Origin: an uncultured Acidobacteriota bacterium
GTDB lineage: Bacteria; Acidobacteriota; UBA6911; RPQK01; JAPXNP01
Reading direction: 5' to 3'
Assembly (NCBI GenBank): GCA_963777605.1
Contig: CAVZRV010000007.1
Span: 992,001 to 1,056,000, forward strand
DNA: 64,000 bases
The notes under the pieces are model-generated. The model worked only from the letters and a program-made list of their open reading frames with translations. It ran no database searches and was not told where the DNA came from. The translations under genes and the position numbers were made by a program. Below, one piece after another: positions 1 through 7,427 of this stretch. How positions within the stretch are numbered: position 1 is the stretch's first letter; each line of letters opens with the position of its first letter.

Positions 1-1
1 A

Positions 2-301
2 GACCTTCCGGAACTGGCGGAACGCGCCAGTATTTTCAAGATTCATCTTGCGTTGAGAAACCAGTCGCCCGGAAACTTCGAATTGACCAGGCTTGCGGCG
101 GAAACAGGGGGGTTCAGTGGAGCCGAGATCGAGCAGATCGTCATCACAGCGCTTTACCGGGCGCTCCACAACCAGTCAGCCCTCACGACCGAGAGCCTCA
201 TCCAGGAAGCTCACTCGACAATTCCACTGTCAGTTTCGCGCCGCGAAGAAATAGAAGAACTCCGGACTTGGGCGCGACAGCGATTTGTCAGCGCCAATTA
301 G
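2..301 (+). CDS. AAA+ ATPase (Ycf46-like), C-terminal part; gene starts before the window
   Basis: Frame is open from position 2: DLPELAERASIFKIHL...TGGFSGAEIEQ...IPLSVSRREEIEELRTWA, a typical AAA lid and Ycf46-type C-terminus. Confidence 0.8.
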   Translation, partial: DLPELAERASIFKIHLALRNQSPGNFELTRLAAETGGFSGAEIEQIVITALYRALHNQSALTTESLIQEAHSTIPLSVSRREEIEELRTWARQRFVSAN

Positions 302-362
302 GTTCCAGTCCCCAGGACCGGCCGGCTCAAACAGCAGAGGCCGGTGAACCGGGTGTCACCTC

Positions 363-491
363 CTACCGCTCGGAGTTTGTCGAATTGATGTGCAGCCTGT
401 CCAGATGGTGACTTTCTTTCTTCCCGGAACGGAAGATCCAGACGATCACAGCAGCGACAATAACAATGCCGATAATCAACGAGTAAGTCAT
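363..491 (-). CDS. 42-aa single-pass membrane microprotein (not in the ORF track)
   Basis: AGGAGG RBS upstream of ATG; translation MTYSLIIGIVIVAAVIVWIFRSGKKESHHLDRLHINSTNSER gives a TM helix followed by basic residues. Confidence 0.6.
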   Translation of the reverse strand: MTYSLIIGIVIVAAVIVWIFRSGKKESHHLDRLHINSTNSER

Positions 492-614
492 CTATTGGCC
501 TCCTAACCTTGACTTCTGCCAGCACCATTCCGGTCCGAGCTTTGAGCAGCCGCAATCACAGGAGATCGAACTTAGACGACCGGTCTTTCCCAATCACCTC
601 AGCCGTGCCATCGT

Positions 615-634
615 GAATTGACTTGATTCAATTC
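615..634. promoter_or_regulatory. Palindromic operator, FNR/Crp-like
   Basis: GAATTGA-cttgat-TCAATTC has perfect 7-bp arms; its core TTGAC-N4-TTCAA matches the FNR box TTGAT-N4-ATCAA at 8/10. Confidence 0.4.
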
Positions 635-860
635 TATCTGCGGGTTGTGAAAAAAGGCAACTCAAAAGCAACTTCAGTTCGACCGTTTAATTTCTCTACA
701 AGTGTGGTCTTTCTCAGCCATTCGGGCCCAGAACCCAAGCAGGGCGGGCTTTTGAGCCCTTGACAGGCAGGAGTGCGACCGGGAGTTGTAGAAGCCTTCA
801 ACAGTCACCAAAAGGACAAGTGTTGCAAAATCTCCCCAATGGTACTGGGAAACTGTTTAA

Positions 861-873
861 AATCAGTAGGTTC
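861..873 (+). promoter_or_regulatory. Putative IHF site
   Basis: AATCAGTAGGTTC has one mismatch to WATCARNNNNTTR and lies 30 bp upstream of the sigma54 -24 box. Confidence 0.35.
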
Positions 874-900
874 TAGATGTTGTTTGGGATTTCAAGTCGA

Positions 901-918
901 TTGGCGACAGACGTGCAT
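901..918 (+). promoter_or_regulatory. Sigma54 (-24/-12) promoter
   Basis: TTGGCGACAGACGTGCAT has exact GG-N10-GC spacing, and the downstream locus encodes a GAFTGA activator. Confidence 0.6.
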
Positions 919-929
919 TTACTAATGGC

Positions 930-1700
930 GTGAAACAAGGATCAGTTCCAACATGTATTTGGATGGACGCGGGGCTCATCTCCTATCGGCTGTGTGACCG
1001 GAATCTGGATTGTGACAACTGTCTTTTCGACCGGGTGATGAGAGGAAAGACCGAGGGACTGGAGCAATTGATTCAGCCCTCGATGCCAAAGGTGGTTCGC
1101 GGGCCGCGGTTCCTGCCTGGATTCGGGTTTGATCCTCGGTGCTTCTACTCGAGAAATCACTTGTGGTTCCGGGTTGAAGAGAAAGCAAACCTGAAGATCG
1201 GCCTCGATCACTTCGGAAGCCAGCTGTTGGGAGCCATCAGCGCGGTGGAAACGCCTGAAGAAGGCACTGAACTTAACGCCTTCACGCCGATTCGCATTTC
1301 CAACGAACTCGGAGAAGTCGAGTTGGTGTCGCCCGTCTCGGGAAGGGTGGTATGGAACAACCCTGATCCCCGCCGAACTCCTTCTCTGGTCTCCGACGAC
1401 CCCTACGACCGGGGGAGCATGATCACGGTTGAATCCGACGATCTTACCGGAAGCCTCAAAAGCCTCCATTTTGGAAGGTCGGCTGAGGTCTGGCTCCAGC
1501 ACGAGGTCGAACAATTGGCGGGAGACGTGATTGCCTTGGCGTTTAAGGAGCATCCCACCGTCGGAACGACCGCGACGGATGGCGGAGAGGTGATTGCAAA
1601 TTACCTCGCAGTTATTCGGCGACAGGAGAGTTTTCGGACAGTGCTGAAGAGATTCTTCGGGGCAGTCCCCGTTAAAAAGGGTGGCTCAAAATGGTATTAG
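930..1700 (+). CDS. GcvH-like protein with an N-terminal 4-Cys motif and no lipoyl lysine
   Basis: H-protein fold motifs YSRNHLW, IGLDHFG, SPVSGRV..N, DPYDRG; N-terminal CIWM..G..YRLCD..LDCDNCLFD; C-terminal DGG. Confidence 0.8.
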   Translation: MKQGSVPTCIWMDAGLISYRLCDRNLDCDNCLFDRVMRGKTEGLEQLIQPSMPKVVRGPRFLPGFGFDPRCFYSRNHLWFRVEEKANLKIGLDHFGSQLLGAISAVETPEEGTELNAFTPIRISNELGEVELVSPVSGRVVWNNPDPRRTPSLVSDDPYDRGSMITVESDDLTGSLKSLHFGRSAEVWLQHEVEQLAGDVIALAFKEHPTVGTTATDGGEVIANYLAVIRRQESFRTVLKRFFGAVPVKKGGSKWY

Positions 1701-2357
1701 TAATGGTTTTCTTAACCGTAGTCTGTTCTATCGCGACAGTTGAAACCGTTGCCTGGCTCAGGCGGCGACGCGAGCTTCAGGAATCAGCTCAACGGTCCAC
1801 TGAACCTGTGATTGGGGAGGTGTACTGGCATCCGGGCCACGCCTGGCTTCGTGTGCTTTCCAGAGAGCGGGCGGCGATCGGGATCGACGGTTTCGCCCTT
1901 AGACTGCTAGGGAGAGTTGACGAAGTTCGTTTGCCCGAGCCGGGGACCCGGGTCCGCCAGGACGAACCTTTTGCTTCGGTTCGCCAAGGGTCTCGGTGGG
2001 TACGGTTCGCCTCGCCGGTAGACGGAACGATCGACGAAGTTAACCCTCAGGGTGTGAAAGATGGCCGTGACGGAGAAGAACGTTACGAGAAGGGATGGCT
2101 GTGCCGGTTGCAGGCTTCCGACCTGAGAGAGATGCCGGCGGGTTTGATCGGCGCACACGACATCCGTGACTGGATGGCGCGCCAGGTCCAAACCGTGATG
2201 GACTTCTTCGCGCAGAGATCGGCAGGTCCCGCAGCTCCAGCCCATGATTCCCGACGGCGGAACGCTCGTGGACGGCCTTCTGGAGCAGGCCGACGATGAA
2301 ACTTGGGCACAACTGACGCAGCGCCTGTTCGAAGCCTCCTCACGGAAGGAACGTTGA
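1691..2357 (+). CDS. Membrane-anchored GcvH-like protein, no lipoyl lysine; +1 frameshift near 2230
   Basis: N-terminal TM; HPGHAW, IGIDGF, SPVDGTI.EVN, YEKGWL. The family C-terminus (QLQPMIPDGGTLVDGLL...) continues in the next frame after a CCC run and stops at 2357. Confidence 0.75.
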
Positions 2358-2563
2358 AACTTGGGCGCCGGACTCCCGGCGCCTTCTGTCGAAGAAACCA
2401 TCCTTATAGTTGAATAATCCTGCAATACTCGGTCAATATCAGCTTACCGCTGCAACAAAATTCTTTTTGCTTCTGGACGATGGCTTGCTATCTTGTAAGG
2501 TGGTCGGTCCATGGGAGGCCGACGTGTCCCCGCCAGCCTAACCGGGGAAAGAGGTGGTGAGCT

Positions 2564-4201
2564 TTGACTGGGCGTCTGAGTCTTCGACTCATCCTGAGCC
2601 TCATTGCGATTCTCGGGATCATTTTCACGCTGTTTGGATACCTGGTTACCGAGCTGCATCGGCGTGACCTCGAGAGCGTCAATTCCGAAGCTGCCGATCG
2701 CATCAGCGACTCGATCAAGCGCAGCATTCTGTACAGCATGCAGCTTAATCACCGGGAGCATATCTACCAGACCATCAAGACAATAGGCGGTGAACCGGGA
2801 ATCAACAAAGTTCGAATCTTCAACGAGATCGGCAGGATCAGCTTTTCGAGTGATGATGCCGAGATCAATCGGATGGTCGACAAGCGAGAAGAGGCCTGCT
2901 ATGGCTGCCACAACCAGGAGGAGCCCCTGCGGCGGCTGGAGCGACCTGACCGTCACCGGATATTCTACGACGCCCAGGGAAACCGGATCCTTGGGGTCAT
3001 CAATGCGATTGAAAACGAACCGAGCTGCTGGGAAGCGGACTGTCACGCGCACATCCCGGAGCAGGCCATTCTCGGTGTGCTCGATGTGACGGTTTCGCTG
3101 GCACACGTCGACGAAATCACCCGGCGGGGGCGCAACCTGATGCTGATCCAGTTGGGGATCGCGGTTCTGGGGGTGTCGATCCTGCTTGGGATGCTGGTTT
3201 GGAATTTCGTCGATCGCCCAATTCGACAGTTAATGGTTGGGACGGAGAAGATCGCCTCCGGAGACCTGGACTATCGAATTCAGGTCAACACCAGCGACGA
3301 AATGGGATCTCTCAGTGAATCATTCAACCGGATGACCCGCCAACTCGACCAGGCCCGGGCCGAGGTGAACGCATGGACGCAGACCCTCGAGGCGAGGGTG
3401 GAGGAGAAGACAGCAGAACTGAAGCGGGCCCACGATCAGATGATGCAGGTGGAGCGCATGGCGTCGATGGGGAAACTGGCTGCCATCGTGGCCCATGAAA
3501 TCAATAATCCGCTGGCGGGTATTCTGACCTCGACCCGGCTGATTCTGAAGCGGATTGACCGAAAGGCGATCGAACTGAAAGACGACAGCCGGGAGCATCT
3601 CGAAATGATCGCTGACGAGACAAGCCGGTGCGGTTCCATCGTCAAGAACCTGCTGCAGTTTGCGCGGCCCACCAGCAAGAACCGCGAACCCGAAGACATC
3701 AACAACGTAATTCGCGAGTCATTGAGGCTCGTCCAGCACAAGATCAACCTCATGAGCGTGGAAACCCAGTTAGAACTGTCGGATGATGTGCCCCCGGTTG
3801 TCTGTGACGCCCAGGGGATCAAGCAGTCATTGCTCGCGATTCTGATCAATGCGTGCGAAGCGGTCGGAGACTCCGGGGGAGAAATCGAATTAGGGTCGGA
3901 TTTCCTTCCGCAGGAAGACCGGGTTTGTATCTGGGTTCGGGACAACGGTCACGGGATGGACGAACAGACCCGGCAGCGAATTTTCGAGCCCTTTTTTACA
4001 ACGAAAGAAGAAGTACGCGGCGTCGGCCTGGGGATGGCTGTGGTGAGCGGAATCGTTAGCGCTCACGGCGGAACCGTCGACGTGGAATCGGAAATTGGCC
4101 GGGGAACCACGATCAGGATCTACCTTCCCGCACAGGTTCCGGACCAGATTGGGGTGGTCGCCGATGAAGTGCGGGACGAGAGGAGAGAGAGCGACGCATG
4201 A
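2564..4201 (+). CDS. Sensor histidine kinase (periplasmic CxxCH domain, HAMP, HisKA, HATPase)
   Basis: Two TMs; CYGCH; H-box AHEINNPL; N box ILINACEA; DNGHGM; FEPFFTTK; GVGLGM. Confidence 0.93.
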   Translation: MTGRLSLRLILSLIAILGIIFTLFGYLVTELHRRDLESVNSEAADRISDSIKRSILYSMQLNHREHIYQTIKTIGGEPGINKVRIFNEIGRISFSSDDAEINRMVDKREEACYGCHNQEEPLRRLERPDRHRIFYDAQGNRILGVINAIENEPSCWEADCHAHIPEQAILGVLDVTVSLAHVDEITRRGRNLMLIQLGIAVLGVSILLGMLVWNFVDRPIRQLMVGTEKIASGDLDYRIQVNTSDEMGSLSESFNRMTRQLDQARAEVNAWTQTLEARVEEKTAELKRAHDQMMQVERMASMGKLAAIVAHEINNPLAGILTSTRLILKRIDRKAIELKDDSREHLEMIADETSRCGSIVKNLLQFARPTSKNREPEDINNVIRESLRLVQHKINLMSVETQLELSDDVPPVVCDAQGIKQSLLAILINACEAVGDSGGEIELGSDFLPQEDRVCIWVRDNGHGMDEQTRQRIFEPFFTTKEEVRGVGLGMAVVSGIVSAHGGTVDVESEIGRGTTIRIYLPAQVPDQIGVVADEVRDERRESDA

Positions 4202-5565
4202 TAGCCAAGTCCGTTGCACGGGTATTGGTGGTAGACGACGAACTCGCCGTACGCAAGTCACTGGGGGGCTGGCTTCGGGAGGAAGGATACGAGGTCGATG
4301 TCGCCGGCTCTGGGAAGGAGGCCCTCGAGGCGCTCAGTCGAAACGACTGGGATGTCTTCCTGGTAGACATCAAGATGCCCGGGATCGACGGCCTTGAGCT
4401 CCAACGGCGGATCCAGGAGATCCACCCCGATTCCACGATCATCATCATGACGGCCTATGCCTCGGTGGACACAGCCGTCGAGGCGATGAAACAGGGAGCG
4501 TATGACTATGTCGTCAAGCCTTTCGAGCCGGAAGCCCTGGAGAACCTGATTCGGAAGGCGGCCGAACGGAAGCAGCTGCTCGATCAGAACGTTCAACTGC
4601 GGGCGAAGATTGACGAGATGAGTGCCTTCCATGGGATTGTCGGGCAAAGCGGGGTGATTCGCCGGGTGCTCGAGGAGATCAAACTGGTGGCCGAGTCGGA
4701 CACCACGGTCCTGGTTCGGGGGGAAAGCGGAACCGGAAAGGAGCTGGTGGCCCGGGCCATCCATGCGTGCAGTCCGAGAAGGTATTTGCCCATTGTGACG
4801 GTCAGCTGCGGGGCACTTGCGGAAGGAGTCCTGGAGAGCGAATTGTTTGGACACGAAAAGGGTGCGTTTACAGGGGCGCAGTACCGGCGCAAGGGCAAGT
4901 TCGAGATGGCGGACGGAGGGTCCCTGTTCCTCGACGAGGTCGGTGACATCTCCCTCAAGACCCAGGTTGACCTCCTTCGGGTGCTGGAACACAAGGAGGT
5001 TTGCCGGGTTGGGGGGAACAAGATGGTACCCGTCGATTTCCGATTGATCACGGCGACCAACAAGAATCTGGAGAACATGGTGCAGGAGGAAACCTTCCGG
5101 GAGGATCTCTACTATCGCCTGAACGTTTTTGCGATTACACTTCCGCCCCTCCGGGAGCGACGGGACGACATTCCCCTTCTGGTCGATCACTTTCTGCGGA
5201 AGTTTGCCCGCAGCATGAACAAACCTGTGGGGAGTGTTAACAATGAAGCACTCTCCATTCTCTCCTCCTATAACTGGCCCGGGAATATCCGAGAGCTGCA
5301 GAACGCTATCGAGCGCGCGGTCCTGGTGTGCCGGGGCGCTGCCATCGAAGCGGAGCATGTCCCGCTTCTGAAAAATGAGAAGGACCGAACGCTCGATGAC
5401 AAGTCACTCGCATCAATTGAGAAGGACCATATCGAAGCCATTTTGGGCGAGACTGACTGGAACATCTCTCGGAGTGCCAGAGTCCTGGGGATCGACCGGG
5501 TCACCCTTTATAACAAGATTAAGAAATATGGGCTGAAGCGAGAAGATTCAGCCACCAACAACTAA
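4198..5565 (+). CDS. Sigma54-dependent response regulator (NtrC/AtoC family)
   Basis: REC domain (VVDD, D-IKMPG), GESGTGKE, GAFTGA, WPGNIREL, Fis-type HTH. Confidence 0.95.
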   Translation: MIAKSVARVLVVDDELAVRKSLGGWLREEGYEVDVAGSGKEALEALSRNDWDVFLVDIKMPGIDGLELQRRIQEIHPDSTIIIMTAYASVDTAVEAMKQGAYDYVVKPFEPEALENLIRKAAERKQLLDQNVQLRAKIDEMSAFHGIVGQSGVIRRVLEEIKLVAESDTTVLVRGESGTGKELVARAIHACSPRRYLPIVTVSCGALAEGVLESELFGHEKGAFTGAQYRRKGKFEMADGGSLFLDEVGDISLKTQVDLLRVLEHKEVCRVGGNKMVPVDFRLITATNKNLENMVQEETFREDLYYRLNVFAITLPPLRERRDDIPLLVDHFLRKFARSMNKPVGSVNNEALSILSSYNWPGNIRELQNAIERAVLVCRGAAIEAEHVPLLKNEKDRTLDDKSLASIEKDHIEAILGETDWNISRSARVLGIDRVTLYNKIKKYGLKREDSATNN

Positions 5566-6134
5566 TGAATCAAATCCGGCTGGTCGGGGTCGGGAGCCCG
5601 GACGTCGATGTTCTTGAGTTTCTCTCGCTCACCCTTGGTGAGAGTCTCCCTCAGCCTTGCCTGGTGGATGGAGTCCGCTTTGACGTATCGGAGGCCTTCG
5701 AGGTGTCTCGGAGTCAATACTTTTCCACCCGGATCGTTTCGGACCTGCTGAACTACTCCGGCGGATATCCTCGGGCCAAGGTGCTTGGAATTACCGACGT
5801 TGATTTGTTCATTCCGATTCTTACCTTTGTCTTCGGGGAAGCCCAGCTCGGAGGGCCGGTCGGCCTGGTTTCAACCCATCGTTTAAGGCAGGAGTTCTAC
5901 GGTCTTCCTGAAGATCGAGGCATCTTTCTGGAGCGGGTGGAAAAAGAGGCCTTGCACGAGCTTGGGCATACCTTCGGACTGGTCCACTGTCATCGACCCG
6001 GGTGCGTGATGGGCTTCTCGAACGCGGTGGAGAAGGTCGACCTGAAGACAAATACCTATTGTTCCGAGTGTCGGATCACCGCCGGGTTGGAAAAGACCGC
6101 CTCGGAGTTCATCCGAAGCCCGGAAAGCATTTGA
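5565..6134 (+). CDS. Archaemetzincin family Zn metalloprotease (M54)
   Basis: HELGHTFGLVHC...CVM...YCSEC and FVFGEAQLGG; start overlaps the regulator stop codon. Confidence 0.92.
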   Translation: MNQIRLVGVGSPDVDVLEFLSLTLGESLPQPCLVDGVRFDVSEAFEVSRSQYFSTRIVSDLLNYSGGYPRAKVLGITDVDLFIPILTFVFGEAQLGGPVGLVSTHRLRQEFYGLPEDRGIFLERVEKEALHELGHTFGLVHCHRPGCVMGFSNAVEKVDLKTNTYCSECRITAGLEKTASEFIRSPESI

Positions 6135-6141
6135 GGTCCCA

Positions 6142-6520
6142 GCGTGGTACGGCCGTCCCGGCCGTGACCGGGATTTCTTGTCTTCCGCGGAGCACAGGCG
6201 AGAAGCCTGTGACACGGCCGTCCCGGCCGTGACCTTGGAGTTCCTCCGCTGTTCTCCCATGGTCACAGGCGGGAAGCCTGCTGACACGGCCGTCCCGGCC
6301 GTGACCTTGGAGTTCCTCCCCTGTTCTCCCATGGTAACAGGCGAGAAGCCTGTGACACGGCCGTCCCGGCCGTGACCTTGGAGTTCCTCCGCTGTTCTCC
6401 CATGGTCACAGGCGAGAAGCCTGTGACACGGCCGTCCCGGCCGTGACCTTGATTCCAGTCTTCTGTTTTCCGTGGCCACAGGCGAGGACGCCTGTGGCAC
6501 AGCCGTCCCGGATGGGACGG
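6142..6520 (+). repeat. REP/BIME-like array, about 6 units with ~71-bp period
   Basis: Hairpin ACGGCCGTCCCGGCCGT at 6149, 6214, 6286, 6357, 6428 and (degenerate) 6499, alternating with hairpin CACAGGCGAGAAGCCTGTG. Confidence 0.9.
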
Positions 6521-6557
6521 ACGCGTAGATTTTGGAGTGACGAGCGTTATTCCTGGT

Positions 6558-7184
6558 ATGGAGTTCAAACCTCTGTCTTCAGACCAAATCATTCGCCGTT
6601 ACCGCCGGAATCTCCCCCACTGGCGAGCAGCGGGCGCAACCTATTTCATCACCTTTCGGACAGCCGATTCGTTACCCTCAAGCAGGTTGCCCCAGATCGA
6701 GGAGCAACGTCGACTCTGGCTCCAGTTTCATCCCCCTCCGTGGTCGGCCGCAGAATATGCCGAGTTTCAACGGTTTCGATTCCGGACCTTGGACCGGTGG
6801 CTCGATCAGGGATTGGGGGCATGTGCATTGAGGGATCCTCGACTGGCCCGCGAAGTAGAGGAGACGCTTCGATTCTACGACGGCCGACGCTATGTATTGG
6901 ACGAATTCTCGGTCATGCCGAACCACGTTCACGCCCTGGTTCTTCCGATTGAAGCGTGGGAAATCGAGACCATCCTGCAGAGCTGGAAGTCCTTTTCCGC
7001 CCATTCTGTCAACGAGCTCCTCGATCGTTCCGGAACCTTCTGGCTTGACGAAACCTACGATCACATCGTGCGCTCGGTCGAGGAACTGGAGAGGACGCGA
7101 GCGTACATCAGGAACAATCCGAAGAGTGCCCGCCTTTCCGCGGGAACCTACCGAGTCAGCTGCGGCAGTGGGATCGAAACCTGA
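6558..7184 (+). CDS. REP-associated tyrosine transposase (RAYT, Y1 HUH family)
   Basis: RNLPHW...YFITFR, HUH motif MPNHVH, WKSFSA, FW..ETYDHIVR, catalytic YIRNNP; flanked by REP arrays. ORF is open from GTG 6537. Confidence 0.9.
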   Translation: MEFKPLSSDQIIRRYRRNLPHWRAAGATYFITFRTADSLPSSRLPQIEEQRRLWLQFHPPPWSAAEYAEFQRFRFRTLDRWLDQGLGACALRDPRLAREVEETLRFYDGRRYVLDEFSVMPNHVHALVLPIEAWEIETILQSWKSFSAHSVNELLDRSGTFWLDETYDHIVRSVEELERTRAYIRNNPKSARLSAGTYRVSCGSGIET

Positions 7185-7190
7185 TCCATC

Positions 7191-7396
7191 GCGTGGTCAG
7201 GCCGTGACCGGGATTTCTTGTCTTCCGCGGAGCACAGGCGAGACGCCTGTGACACGGCCGTCCCGGCCGTGACCTTGAGTTCCGTCCCCTGTTCTCCCAT
7301 GGCCACAGGCGAGGACGCCTGTGGCACGGCCGTCCCGGCCGTGACCTTGGATTCCTCTTCTGTTTTCCGTGGCCACAGGCGGGACGCCTGTGACAC
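7191..7396 (+). repeat. REP/BIME-like array, about 3 units
   Basis: Same two hairpins and same linker types as 6142-6520, in the same orientation. Confidence 0.9.
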
Positions 7397-7427
7397 ACTG
7401 CTGTCTCTCCGGTGAAACAGCTCTGAA

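Noticed and set aside
930-2357. True glycine cleavage system gcvH genes
   Set aside because: No lipoyl lysine, extra domains, and no gcvT or gcvP nearby
6142-7396. CRISPR array
   Set aside because: The linkers are near-copies of each other rather than unique spacers, there are no cas genes, and the repeats surround a RAYT, which fits REP/BIME
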